A DNA stretch of 64,000 bases from Sedimentisphaerales bacterium (GTDB lineage: Bacteria; Planctomycetota; Phycisphaerae; Sedimentisphaerales; SM23-30), in contig CAXXFK010000036.1 of the NCBI GenBank assembly GCA_963663965.2, forward strand, positions 32,001 through 96,000, written 5' to 3'. Position 1 is the stretch's first letter, and the number at the start of each line of letters is the position of its first letter. The position numbers and the translations under genes were made by a program. Below, in pieces: positions 41,466 through 51,611 of the stretch. The notes beneath the pieces were generated by a model that was not told the DNA's origin, did not search any database, and was given only the letters and a program-made list of their open reading frames with translations.

Positions 41466-42338
41466 TTAAAGGTCGCAGATTTCAACAGCTCGGGTAAGGG
41501 CGTCGAGTTGTTCTTCCTGGGAACCGCGGGAAGAGAATTCGTGGGCGAGGTAGCCTTGATATCCGGTTTTTAGAATGGCTTTGATGATGGGTGGGTAGTT
41601 GATTTCCTGGTCCAGGTGAATAGGCCCGCGGCCGGGGACGCCGGCGGTATGGAAGTGTTTGATGCAGTCTTTGTATTCTTTGATGGTGGCGATGATATCG
41701 CCTTCCTGAACCTGCATGTGGTAGATATCGTAGAGCAGTCCGAAACGGTCTGAACCAACGCGGCGGGCAAGTTCGCCGCCCCAGTGAGTCCGGTCACACA
41801 TGTAATCTTTATGATTACGTTTGGAGTTGAGGAGCTCCATGCAGAGGTTGATTTTCTTTTCTTCGGCGTAACCGACAATTTTTTTGACGCCGATTTCACA
41901 GTTTTTCAGGCCTTCATCATCATCCATACCATCGCGGTTGCCGGAGAAGCAGATGACGTTGGGGAATCCGGCATCAACGGCGTTATCGATGCTGGCGCGG
42001 ATTTTGGCGATGCATTCATCGTGATTTTCGATGCGGTTAAGACCTTTGGTAATGCCGTGTGAGCCGATCATGGTGCAAATGAGGTTGTGTTTCTTGAGAA
42101 TGGGCCATTCGTTAGGGCCGACCAGGTCAATGCCATGCAGACCGGTTTGGGTGGCATATTTACAGAGGTCTTCAATGGGGATTTTGCCCAGACACCAGCG
42201 ACAGGCGGCCTGTTTAAGATTATTGTTGCGGGCCCGGTGAGGTTCTTCATCAGCAGCCTGGGTGTGGGTGGCGATTCCGGCAACGGCAACGGCTGAACCG
42301 GCCAGCATTTGACGGCGGGATATGGCGTTCTTTTTCAT
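41466..42338 (-). CDS. Tat-exported hydroxypyruvate-isomerase-like TIM-barrel protein
   Basis: SRRQML twin-arginine signal, ICFSGN, ELLN, LYDIYHMQ, HFHTAGVPGR, GY.GY..HEF. Confidence 0.85.
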   Translation of the reverse strand: MKKNAISRRQMLAGSAVAVAGIATHTQAADEEPHRARNNNLKQAACRWCLGKIPIEDLCKYATQTGLHGIDLVGPNEWPILKKHNLICTMIGSHGITKGLNRIENHDECIAKIRASIDNAVDAGFPNVICFSGNRDGMDDDEGLKNCEIGVKKIVGYAEEKKINLCMELLNSKRNHKDYMCDRTHWGGELARRVGSDRFGLLYDIYHMQVQEGDIIATIKEYKDCIKHFHTAGVPGRGPIHLDQEINYPPIIKAILKTGYQGYLAHEFSSRGSQEEQLDALTRAVEICDL

Positions 42339-42458
42339 GGATGCCTCGCTTTCGTATATTATTTAAGGATCGATCGGTATTATCTGATGTTCTATAAGGG
42401 TTTATATCTGATTATAAACGTGCTGGAAAATATTTTATTGAAATTTATCAGAGAAAAT

Positions 42459-42487
42459 TTGACAACTCTACTCAAGTAGAGTATAAT
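42459..42487 (+). promoter_or_regulatory. Consensus sigma70 promoter with palindromic operator upstream of blaI-like gene
   Basis: TTGACA (42459-64), 17-bp spacer, TATAAT (42482-87). The spacer is the perfect palindrome ACTCTACT-CA-AGTAGAGT (42465-82). Confidence 0.88.
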
Positions 42488-42533
42488 CGAATAGAGTAGA
42501 TATTGTAAAAAACTCATTATCTGAGGATAGCAC

Positions 42534-42926
42534 ATGAAACCAAATGAGCATGACAATGAATTGTTTGAAAGCGAGTGGACCATCATGCAAGTGGTGTGGG
42601 AAAAGGAACCCTGCGCGGCGCCAACGGTGCAAGAGGCCCTGGTAGAGGCGAAAGGCTGGGCTTATACCACGGTGAAGACTCTGATGGACCGGATGGTGAA
42701 GAAAGGATTGCTGACCGTGGAAAAAGTTCGGAATCTGTATTTGTATCGATCAGCGATGTCACGACCAGAGGCGCAGCGGACGGAGATTGCCCGGACGATC
42801 AAGCGGGCGTTTGACGGGGCGATGACGCCTATGATGCAGTTTATGATCGAGGATCAGGACATGACGGCGGATGAATACGATCGGCTGGAGCAGTTGATTC
42901 GAGAGAAGAAGAAACATTTGAAATAA
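42534..42926 (+). CDS. BlaI/MecI/CopY family transcriptional repressor
   Basis: SEWTIMQVVW, WAYTTVKTLMDRMVKKGLL, AFDG...MMQFM; upstream of the M56 gene. Confidence 0.92.
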   Translation: MKPNEHDNELFESEWTIMQVVWEKEPCAAPTVQEALVEAKGWAYTTVKTLMDRMVKKGLLTVEKVRNLYLYRSAMSRPEAQRTEIARTIKRAFDGAMTPMMQFMIEDQDMTADEYDRLEQLIREKKKHLK

Positions 42927-43024
42927 TAAACGTGTGAAGTGAGATCAAGCCGCCAAGGGTGCAGGGATCACGTAAAATTTACAATTTAATCAGGTAAATA
43001 TCCAAGATTTATGGGAGTATTCTA

Positions 43025-46000
43025 ATGGGCGCCATGGAAACAATGAATGGATTAGGAATGAGGTTTGTAGCAATCGCCTGGTCGATGATGTGGCAATCGA
43101 GTGTATTGATCATTCTGATGCTGGGTGTGGACTGGCTGATCAAGAAACGGGCGCGGGCAGTGGTTCGTTATGCCTTATGGATGCTGGTGCTGGTAAAACT
43201 GGTATTGCCAGTGGGATTAACATCACCGACCAGTCCGATGTATTGGGTGGACAGTGAGTCCCTGGCACAATGGGATCAGGGAGGAGAGCCGGATATGCCC
43301 GGGACAGAGGTAAAAGCGATTCAGGATGAGCTTGTTACTGAAAGAACGTCAGTCGATCGAGAAACTGGGGCTGGTGGTGATGGATTGAAACAGACTGAAG
43401 TCACTACTGCAAACAGGTCAGCAATAGAACCGATTCCAGCACCAGGGGCAGACAATCCAGAACCCGCAACGGCCAGTACTATTGAGCCGGTTCAGTGGCA
43501 GGCCGTGGCCATGTCAGGCTGGGTTGTTGTGGTTCTGTTGCTGATAGGCATGCTGGTGCAACGGTACTGGTTTGTATTGGACCTGATACGCCAATCGCAA
43601 CCGGCAAATGAGTATCATAAGCAGATACTGAACCGGTGTCGTGAACGAATGGGAATCCGGCAGGAAATTGATTTGCGAATATCGCTCAATACGGTGAGTC
43701 CCTCGGTATGCGGCCTGGCCTGTCCGACAATTTTGATCCCGGTGGCCATGGCGGGCCATCTGGATGAGGAGCAAATCGAGTCGATTCTGCTGCATGAGCT
43801 GGCGCATGTTAAACGGGGAGATTTATGGCTGAACCTGATTCAGACATTGCTGCAGATTGGATATTTTTATCACCCGCTGGTATGGCTGGCTAATAGTGTA
43901 ATACGGCGGATTCGGGAGCAGGCAGTGGATGAAGCGGTTTTGGTAGCGATGGGAGACCAGGCGCCGGAGTATCCGGAGACCTTGTTGCGTGTGTCCAAGT
44001 TGGCCTGGTCGCGGCCGATGTTGAGCTTGCGGTTGATCGGTGTGGTGGAATCGAAATCGGCACTGGCAGATCGGATCCGGCATATTCTGAACCGGCCATT
44101 ACCCAAGACCGCCCGGATCGGCCTGGCGGGCCTGGCGGCAATACTGGTTTTCGGGTTGGTGCTGCTGCCGATGGCGAATGGGCGGAATCAGGAACCGAAA
44201 TTTGTTTTAAAAGGAGTGGTGAGCGATGACATAACCGGAAAGCCCATTGCGGGAGCGCGAGTGGGCGATGCGGGGTATAATGATAGCAAATACTGGACGG
44301 TCAGCGACGCGCAGGGGCGTTATGAATATAAGACTTTTTATGAAGAACATACGATCTATTGCGAAGCGCCGGGTTATGGGCGTGTGGAAAAAACCTTGTT
44401 GACGTTAGCCGTAGGGCGTAAGCAGCAGGAGGATATGAATTTTGAATTGACTGCAGGTCAGGGATCATCAGTGGATTTTGAGAATATGGATTTCTGGAAA
44501 GAACAGATCGGCCATTATATGACCGGAGTACGGATGATCGATGGCGAGTTTCTGGCGGACCGGCAGATATTTGAAGAAGGCCAATCGGAACCGAAACACT
44601 ACCGGACAAAGATCGATTTTAAGTGGAACCGGGATACGGGATGGTATGATTATGCCAGCCGGGATTTACGCGAGAATGGTCATTATGAGCGGAGTATTTT
44701 AAACGATCGGGAAGACTGGTGGATTACCGAGCGGCATGCGACGCGCAGTCTGGCCGGAAAAAGCGAGATGTTGCGACAGTATCAATTTGGAGTGATGTCG
44801 GAAAAGGGCGAATGGTGGCCGGGCGATATCATGCATATTTCACCGGTAGCAGAATTAATCGCCGGCGATTATTTGCGGATTATGGTCCATCAGATGAAAT
44901 GGGATTTGCGGCCGATCAGTCACCGGCTAAACGCAGACGGGATGCATGAGCTGGTTTTGAAGGAAGTTGAATGGCAGGGTAAGACGCATCGAACGATCAT
45001 GACGGTGGTCTGGGAGGATGGCTTAAAGCTGATCAATTTGAAATGGCACACTGAAGGAAAAGAATCACACATCATTACCGAATGGAGCGATCATGTGAAA
45101 GTGGGGGGGCATTGGTTTGCCCGCAAGTCGGTCGATTACGATTATCGCGGCGAGAACAATGACCTGGCCGAAGTCGAGACCGTACTGGCGGAGAAGGTGA
45201 CATTCAACCGGTCGCTGGCGGCGGATGAATTTCACTATCGGCCTTCAATCGGGATTCGAGTAACGGATAAGGTGGAAGAACGCGATTATGTGGCCTGGCC
45301 CGATCTGGAAAAAATCAAGGCCAGTGGCGGTAAGGAATGGATCGGGATCGATGGGAAGGTATATCTTGATGGCAAGCCGGCGAAAGGCGTTCGGGTGACA
45401 ACATCGACATTGTATGATCCGGATAAGGATATCTGGCGGCCGATTTCGGGTCAAACGGATGATGATGGGGTGTTTCATCTGGAGGGATTGCTGCCGGGTT
45501 TTGAATATCGTATAACGGCGGTGACCGATACCGGCAATAAAACCAGCCAGACCTGCAAAACCGAACCGGATGGCCGGGATGTCAGCGGGGTGGTGATTAA
45601 TCTATCCAGTGGTTATGCATTGAAAGGGATCGTAACGCGATGGGATGGCAGTCCGGCCCGGGATGCGGTTGTCAAGCTGACGGATTTTGATGAAGTCCGA
45701 ACCGATGAGCGGGGAAAATATATCATAACCGGATTAAAGCCCGACAGGGTTTATACCGTGCAATCCGCCGCCAAAGGGTGTGCGCCTTACCGGCAGGATG
45801 ATTATAAATTAAAGGTTACCGACGATTCCAGCGCCGCTTCGTTAGATATCGAACTGGCGCAAGAGAAGGTATTGACCGGCCGGATAATCGATAAGAATGG
45901 ACAAGGTATTGCCGGCCACCGGATTATCGGCTTTTTCGATTGTTTTGTGGGCGAAAGCTGGCAGTGGTGCAATACATATACCGATGAAGAAGGCTGGTTC

Positions 46001-47005
46001 CGGTTGGGCAATCTGGGCGACCGTGAGTATGAAATTTTGATACCGGGCGGCCGCAAATGTTTTGCCGCCGGCGATTCGCCGGTTGTTATTCAGATGGTGA
46101 ATGATAAATTCGCGCTGGAAACCAGGCCGGGGCGACTGCTCTTTCGAGATAAGGGGGATTTGTCAGCCTGGGAAAAACAATATATCGACTGGTTCCAGCA
46201 GGAAGATCATTTTACCCATCCCAATATGCGGGTAAAACGGATTGATGCCTTGATGAAACAGGCCGAATCGGATGATCGCAATACCCGGCTTGAAGCGATT
46301 GCCCGCCTGGGAAATATTGAAGCGGTGCAGGCGGTTGCCAAACTGGGCCGGATCGTGACGGATTCCACGGATCGGGATGAGGTGATGATGGCGATGCGCG
46401 CGTTGGGCCGGATCGGCGATGTGGTGTCGAGCGATTCCCTGTTGAATCAGCTGGGAAATGCCGATGATCTGGTGAAATCCGGCGCAGGGGCGGCGTTGTC
46501 CGAAATTTTCAACAGCGGCGTTAAAGACTGGACAGACCCATCGCAATGGCAGGCCTGTATGCGGCGCTATTTCGATAGGCGTCAACAATTAAAAGCGGTC
46601 AATGGCCCGAATCGTTTGCTGGAATCGTTTTTCAAGGCGGTATTGGCCGGAGACCATGACGTGGCCATGACGGCTTTTCTGCCCGGCAGCGCGGGGGCGA
46701 ACCGGATGTCAGCTTGTCTTGATTATCAACGAAGTCGTATGTCGGATGCGACGGTGCAACGCATCAAATTGTTGGCCGAAGCGATCGACTGGCCGGTTTT
46801 GGAGGGTGGTAATGTGACCATGTTCCCTGATCGAATGCAGGTTGACACAAAATATTTTAAGTTCAAGAAGGCGTGTGTGATTGACGGCCGAAATTTTGAA
46901 GCCGGCAAGAGTCATAAACTGTTTGAGACCGTCTTTCGTGAAGTCGATGGCCAGTGGTGGCTGCTGGATCTGCGATTCTGGGATGAGCGATTCGTCAATG
47001 ATTAG
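43025..47005 (+). CDS. BlaR1-like M56 peptidase signal transducer with large extracytoplasmic region (carboxypeptidase-regulatory-like beta repeats, HEAT repeats)
   Basis: RYALW.LVL.KL.LP, LLHELAH.KRGD, FYHPLVW, RE.AVD, L.DRI..IL; repeated G.V.D..G.P..GA.V...TD..G.Y modules; C-terminal A...LG.IG HEAT-like repeats. Confidence 0.88.
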   Translation: MGAMETMNGLGMRFVAIAWSMMWQSSVLIILMLGVDWLIKKRARAVVRYALWMLVLVKLVLPVGLTSPTSPMYWVDSESLAQWDQGGEPDMPGTEVKAIQDELVTERTSVDRETGAGGDGLKQTEVTTANRSAIEPIPAPGADNPEPATASTIEPVQWQAVAMSGWVVVVLLLIGMLVQRYWFVLDLIRQSQPANEYHKQILNRCRERMGIRQEIDLRISLNTVSPSVCGLACPTILIPVAMAGHLDEEQIESILLHELAHVKRGDLWLNLIQTLLQIGYFYHPLVWLANSVIRRIREQAVDEAVLVAMGDQAPEYPETLLRVSKLAWSRPMLSLRLIGVVESKSALADRIRHILNRPLPKTARIGLAGLAAILVFGLVLLPMANGRNQEPKFVLKGVVSDDITGKPIAGARVGDAGYNDSKYWTVSDAQGRYEYKTFYEEHTIYCEAPGYGRVEKTLLTLAVGRKQQEDMNFELTAGQGSSVDFENMDFWKEQIGHYMTGVRMIDGEFLADRQIFEEGQSEPKHYRTKIDFKWNRDTGWYDYASRDLRENGHYERSILNDREDWWITERHATRSLAGKSEMLRQYQFGVMSEKGEWWPGDIMHISPVAELIAGDYLRIMVHQMKWDLRPISHRLNADGMHELVLKEVEWQGKTHRTIMTVVWEDGLKLINLKWHTEGKESHIITEWSDHVKVGGHWFARKSVDYDYRGENNDLAEVETVLAEKVTFNRSLAADEFHYRPSIGIRVTDKVEERDYVAWPDLEKIKASGGKEWIGIDGKVYLDGKPAKGVRVTTSTLYDPDKDIWRPISGQTDDDGVFHLEGLLPGFEYRITAVTDTGNKTSQTCKTEPDGRDVSGVVINLSSGYALKGIVTRWDGSPARDAVVKLTDFDEVRTDERGKYIITGLKPDRVYTVQSAAKGCAPYRQDDYKLKVTDDSSAASLDIELAQEKVLTGRIIDKNGQGIAGHRIIGFFDCFVGESWQWCNTYTDEEGWFRLGNLGDREYEILIPGGRKCFAAGDSPVVIQMVNDKFALETRPGRLLFRDKGDLSAWEKQYIDWFQQEDHFTHPNMRVKRIDALMKQAESDDRNTRLEAIARLGNIEAVQAVAKLGRIVTDSTDRDEVMMAMRALGRIGDVVSSDSLLNQLGNADDLVKSGAGAALSEIFNSGVKDWTDPSQWQACMRRYFDRRQQLKAVNGPNRLLESFFKAVLAGDHDVAMTAFLPGSAGANRMSACLDYQRSRMSDATVQRIKLLAEAIDWPVLEGGNVTMFPDRMQVDTKYFKFKKACVIDGRNFEAGKSHKLFETVFREVDGQWWLLDLRFWDERFVND

Positions 47006-47487
47006 ACCGGCATTTCAAAGACATAATCATCCATGATATAGCCATTGCCGATGTCCTGGACAACAGGCCCCATCAGGATGAATCCGGATTTCTGATAGAA
47101 TTGGATGGAGGCGGTGTTGTATTTATTGACAGTGAGCGAGATCTTGGGGAGTTGCAGTTCCCGGGCGCGATTGGCGATAAAGTCGATAGCGGCGCGGCCA
47201 TATCCCCGGCCGCGCTGGTCGGATTTGACATAGAGTTTGCTGAGGAATAAAGCTGCTTCTCGCTGGACGATAGCGAAATAACCAATTGGGTTGTCCTGGT
47301 GGCAGATCAGATAATAGCTGAAACCCTCATGATTGATCTGGCGGTTTATGGCGTTAAAAGACTGGAAGTTGGTAAGCATATAGTTGACCTGATCCGGGCC
47401 GATGATGGGGGTGTAATGTCCGGTCCAGATTTCTGACGCCAGATTCACAACTATATCAACTTGTTCAGGATTGTTGACGGGCATGAT
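47002..47487 (-). CDS. GNAT family N-acetyltransferase
   Basis: LSKLYV...QRGRGYG, LTVNKYN..SI.FYQK.GF. Exact start uncertain (47487 or 47496). Confidence 0.88.
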   Translation of the reverse strand: MMPVNNPEQVDIVVNLASEIWTGHYTPIIGPDQVNYMLTNFQSFNAINRQINHEGFSYYLICHQDNPIGYFAIVQREAALFLSKLYVKSDQRGRGYGRAAIDFIANRARELQLPKISLTVNKYNTASIQFYQKSGFILMGPVVQDIGNGYIMDDYVFEMPV

Positions 47488-47726
47488 CATAGGCATTATT
47501 GTAAAGTGTCGGTCAGGACAATGGCAATGGGAAAGGTGTAAAAATAACGATAAATGGAGTTTTTTCTATTGTATTGCAATTGAAAGGATTATAATCTGTT
47601 TAGTTTTAAGGCAGGGAGAAAAAACGGCGTTAGGCTCGCGCAAGGAGAGGTGAATGTAAGTAATTAAATCGTAATTAATTATAGAGGGCAACTTGGAATT
47701 CTATCCGAACCAGGGAGATTAAAACC

Positions 47727-49145
47727 ATGAACCGATATGCAGAAAGACACAGGGTAATGACATTGGCGCTGGCGCTCGTCATCTCATTTGTGAGTATGAA
47801 AAATTTGAGTGGGCAGTCCATTTGGGATTCGACGATCCGTGGAGAGACAACAGAAGCTGAGGCATTAGTCAAGGATGATATTACGGCAACTGAAGCCAGT
47901 GTGCCGGCCGTAGCGCCTACAGAAAGCAAGGCTTATATTGGTTTGATCACCGCAGATCGTGTCTATGTGCGATCCGGCCCGGCAGGTATTTATTATCCGG
48001 TCTGTTATCTGCAGAAGGATCAGCAAGTGATTGTCCGGGAGGTATTGAAGGGCAAGAATGACTGGGCTAAAATCGAACCCACCGCGCAATGTTTCAGTTA
48101 TATTGCCAAGGAATTTGTTGAATTAAAAGAGTTGGAGCGCCCGATTGCGGCTCGCGTTGAGGCTACGGAGGGTATGGAGGATACTCCGGCAGCGCCTGCA
48201 GTTAGAACCGGCATGATGGGTACTGATCTGGCGGCGCTGGTGGGTAAAGAAGCGATTATGGGTGAAGTGACCGGAAATGCCGTGCGCGTTCGAGCCGGCA
48301 GCATGCGAATCGCGCCTGAGATGGCAACCCAGGTTCAACTCAAATTAAACAAAGGGGATAAAGTTCGTGTGATTGGCGTACGGGATAATTATTACAAGAT
48401 CATTTCTCCGTCCAATGCCTATTTCTGGGTGTCGCTGGATTTTATCAAGAAACTGGAAGGAGCAACCCCGGAACAATTTGAGCAGGTCAGGCAGCTGGCC
48501 AGACGTGATGTGGCGATGATGATAGAACCGGAAAAGTTTCAGTCACAATATGATGATTTTCTGACCCTGTCGAAAGAATACGAACTGGAGCAGAATAAAC
48601 CCCTGCTGGCTCGTGATTATGAATCGATCATGCAGAAGATCGATACGATTCTGTCTGAGACACGGTCGACATCCATCCAACGTTCGGCGGAAAATCTGAA
48701 ACGTAATGTTGAGCGTGTCATGACCGCTCAAATGACGCTGAAACGGTCGCGTGAACGCGATCATATGCTGATGATGAAAATGCAGCAGATCGATAACGAG
48801 TTGCAAACGATGGTCGGTTCAGAAATGGCGCTGACCAACAAGGATGAAAATGTGAGCGTTAAGGGCATCCTGGCGCATTCGGCCGTGTTTACCCAGCCTA
48901 ATAAGAATCGCCGGTATCTGGTGATCAATAACATGGAGAAGATCGAATGCTATGCGGTGACCAATTCAGATATGATCGATCTGGAAGACTGGGTAAACCG
49001 GCAGGTCTTTTTGCGGGGGAATATTAAATATGACGCCTTCAGCAAGAGCCGGATCCTGTTTGTCGATCTGATCGAAGAAGTCAAGCCGATGGCAGTAACA
49101 CCGGTCATTCCAACCATCGTGGAGGAAGTTGAACCCCAGGGTTAA
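47727..49145 (+). CDS. Secreted protein with two SH3b-like domains, coiled coil and C-terminal beta (OB-like) domain
   Basis: Signal peptide; ITADRVYVRSGP...W.KI.P and VTGNAVRVRAG...L.KGDKV.V.G....YKI..P...WV...FI. Confidence 0.75.
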   Translation: MNRYAERHRVMTLALALVISFVSMKNLSGQSIWDSTIRGETTEAEALVKDDITATEASVPAVAPTESKAYIGLITADRVYVRSGPAGIYYPVCYLQKDQQVIVREVLKGKNDWAKIEPTAQCFSYIAKEFVELKELERPIAARVEATEGMEDTPAAPAVRTGMMGTDLAALVGKEAIMGEVTGNAVRVRAGSMRIAPEMATQVQLKLNKGDKVRVIGVRDNYYKIISPSNAYFWVSLDFIKKLEGATPEQFEQVRQLARRDVAMMIEPEKFQSQYDDFLTLSKEYELEQNKPLLARDYESIMQKIDTILSETRSTSIQRSAENLKRNVERVMTAQMTLKRSRERDHMLMMKMQQIDNELQTMVGSEMALTNKDENVSVKGILAHSAVFTQPNKNRRYLVINNMEKIECYAVTNSDMIDLEDWVNRQVFLRGNIKYDAFSKSRILFVDLIEEVKPMAVTPVIPTIVEEVEPQG

Positions 49146-49182
49146 CATATGATAGTGATCCGGCTCGCCGGTCAAAAAGATT

Positions 49183-49227
49183 AAAAGCCATGCTGTATAT
49201 GAGATCCGCATGGCTTTTTTATTTTTT
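49183..49227. terminator. Intrinsic terminator between convergent genes
   Basis: Stem AAAAGCCATGC/GCATGGCTTTT followed by T-rich tract. Confidence 0.7.
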
Positions 49228-49229
49228 GG

Positions 49230-50321
49230 CTATCTGACTTTGAGGATATTGAGTGTGGAGGGGAGGATTGTCGTTGAAAGCAGTTTATGGCCGGTTGGGG
49301 TAATAAGGACATCATCTTCGATGCGAATGCCCCATTTCCCGGGTAGATAGATGCCGGGTTCGATGGTGATGACCTGTCCGGGTTGGAGGGTTTCTGATTT
49401 GGCCGGGGCGATGAAGGGTTGTTCATGGATATCGAGTCCGATTCCGTGGCCGGTACCGTGGCCGTAAACCGGGAACTTTGACCGGGCAATCGTCTTTCGG
49501 GCGATGTGATCGATTTCGCCTAAGGTGACACCCGGTTTCATGGCATGGATAGCGGCGTGATGGGCGGCGGCAACCGTTTCATAAGCCCGGATATATTCTT
49601 GAGTAACGCCGTTAACGCCGAAGCAGCGGGTCATATCGCAGCGGTAATTATGGATTGCCGTGCCGAAATCGATGAGGATCACATCGTTTTTGCGCAGTTT
49701 GCGGGGGCCGGGAATGTGATGATTGCGAGAGCCGTTGGGGCCAAAACAGACAATGGTTTCAAAACCGATGTGACCTTTATTTTTACGGATTTCAAGTTCG
49801 AGTATGCCCGCGGCTTCGTTTTCAGTCATGCCAATCCGAAGTTGTTGCAGCATGGCCTGTAGCGCGGATTGATTGGCGGATACGGCTTTTCGGATCAGGG
49901 CGATTTCGCCGGGTTCTTTGATGGCGCGAACGGATTCGGCCAGCCCGCTGACCGGCTTAAAACGCGCTTTGACCTGCTTGCGTAAATTTAATTGCAGGGA
50001 CAGGGATATTTTTGAATCAAGACCCAGATTGGGTTGGGTTTGATAGTGTGTCAATACCCGGGCCACTTCGTCGGCAAGTGATTTTTTTCGTTGAATAATG
50101 GTGCATCCGAAACATTCCTTGCGCGCCTGTTCGGTATACCGACTGTCGGTCAGCAACCAGACGCGACGCCCAATAATCAAAGCCCAGCTATCGTGCCCCT
50201 GAAATCCGGTCAGATAGCTGACACTGGCAGAGTCTGTAGTCAGGAATCCTTCCAGGCCGGCTTGCGCAATTTTTTTTATAACCTGTTTCTGTCGGTTTCT
50301 GATGATAGCCAGATTGATCAT
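49230..50321 (-). CDS. Xaa-Pro aminopeptidase/dipeptidase (M24B)
   Basis: YLTGF, TDSRY.EQA, IDFG....Y..DMTR, HGTGHGIGLDIHE.P, TIEPGIY, GIRIEDD. Confidence 0.93.
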   Translation of the reverse strand: MINLAIIRNRQKQVIKKIAQAGLEGFLTTDSASVSYLTGFQGHDSWALIIGRRVWLLTDSRYTEQARKECFGCTIIQRKKSLADEVARVLTHYQTQPNLGLDSKISLSLQLNLRKQVKARFKPVSGLAESVRAIKEPGEIALIRKAVSANQSALQAMLQQLRIGMTENEAAGILELEIRKNKGHIGFETIVCFGPNGSRNHHIPGPRKLRKNDVILIDFGTAIHNYRCDMTRCFGVNGVTQEYIRAYETVAAAHHAAIHAMKPGVTLGEIDHIARKTIARSKFPVYGHGTGHGIGLDIHEQPFIAPAKSETLQPGQVITIEPGIYLPGKWGIRIEDDVLITPTGHKLLSTTILPSTLNILKVR

Positions 50322-50441
50322 AACTATTTCCTGTGATGGGTTTTTAGTCCCTTACGAGTAAAATTTTGCGTAAAATGACAAAGAAATCTCAACAGGGAGA
50401 CTGATGCCGCTGTGACCCTGTTTGGCTCCGGCACTGCCGGT

Positions 50442-51611
50442 TTAGGATTGCATGTTTCGATAACACTGTCGACAGAATCGATCGGTCATGCCTGCCAGAT
50501 AATCGCAGATGACCTGTTCCAGTGATTGATTGTCAAGCCGTTTGCGGTAGCGAGCCGGAAGTTGATCCGGACTGTTGCGATAGGCATGAAACAGGAAGGA
50601 TAATTCGCGTCGCGCCAGATCTTTTGCCTGGGCTACTTTGGGATGGAGGTAGACGCGTTGGTAGAGGAAGTTTTCCAATTCCCGTACCTGCCTGAGACAG
50701 GCATCGGAAAAAACAACAAGTTTAAGGTCAGCGGCACGGATATCATCCAAACCGGCTGGTTGTATCTGATTGAGGCGGCAAATGGCTTCCTGCAACGCGT
50801 CGGTGATAAGCAGATTGATGAGACTTTTAGCTCCGCGGAGCTGGCGGGCGAAGCGATGGGCATTGGGATAATCTTGGGCGACTTTCCGTGAGATGGTTTG
50901 ATAGATTTCCAGTTCGTCAAGGAGCATGTCTTCCGTGATCAGGCCGGACGCCAGGGCGTCATCGAGGTCATGTGAATTGTATGCGATCGAATCGGCCAGG
51001 TCAGCGATCTGGCCTTCAAGGGGGGCCTGTCCAGGCGGGAAGTTGATGAATTGGTCAGGATGATCATAGCGGGTTTCATGTTTGGCCAGACATTCGCGGG
51101 TTTCGCTGGTAAGATTCAGACCAAGAAAGCTCGGGTATGGATGTTCAAGATATTCGACAATCCGAAGCGAATGACGATTGTGTTCAAAACCGCCAAAGTC
51201 AGCCATGAGTTCATTGAGGATTTCTTCGCCGCAATGGCCATAGGGAGGATGACCAAGATCGTGAGCCAGTGAAGCCGCTTCGGCCAGGTCTTCATTGAGA
51301 TTAAGCGCGCGGGCCAGCGTTCGCGCGACTTGAGCCACTTCAATGGTATGCGTGAGCCGGGTGCGGTAATAATCGTTATCGGAAAGCGTGAAAACCTGGG
51401 TTTTGTGTTCCAGGCGGCGGAAAGCGGCAGAATGAATAATGCGATCACGGTCACGCTGAAAACAGGTTCGCAGAGGATGGGGTGGTTCCGGATAACAGCG
51501 TCCCAGTGAGGATTGGCTGGTGACGGCCCAGGGCGCCAGTATTTGTTGCTCGCGGCGTTCAAGTTGTTCGCGGCCAATAATCATTGGAGAATATGGTTGA
51601 TTCTCAGGCAT
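50442..51611 (-). CDS. dgt: Deoxyguanosinetriphosphate triphosphohydrolase (HD domain)
   Basis: FQRDRDRIIHS.AFRRL..KTQVF, RTRLTHTIEV, HDLGHPPYGH.GE, DYLAGMTD. Confidence 0.93.
   Translation of the reverse strand: MPENQPYSPMIIGREQLERREQQILAPWAVTSQSSLGRCYPEPPHPLRTCFQRDRDRIIHSAAFRRLEHKTQVFTLSDNDYYRTRLTHTIEVAQVARTLARALNLNEDLAEAASLAHDLGHPPYGHCGEEILNELMADFGGFEHNRHSLRIVEYLEHPYPSFLGLNLTSETRECLAKHETRYDHPDQFINFPPGQAPLEGQIADLADSIAYNSHDLDDALASGLITEDMLLDELEIYQTISRKVAQDYPNAHRFARQLRGAKSLINLLITDALQEAICRLNQIQPAGLDDIRAADLKLVVFSDACLRQVRELENFLYQRVYLHPKVAQAKDLARRELSFLFHAYRNSPDQLPARYRKRLDNQSLEQVICDYLAGMTDRFCRQCYRNMQS

Noticed and set aside
50442..51611. Anti-phage dGTPase
   Set aside because: It overlaps tsaB and precedes an aminopeptidase, which is a housekeeping context with no defence-island neighbours.
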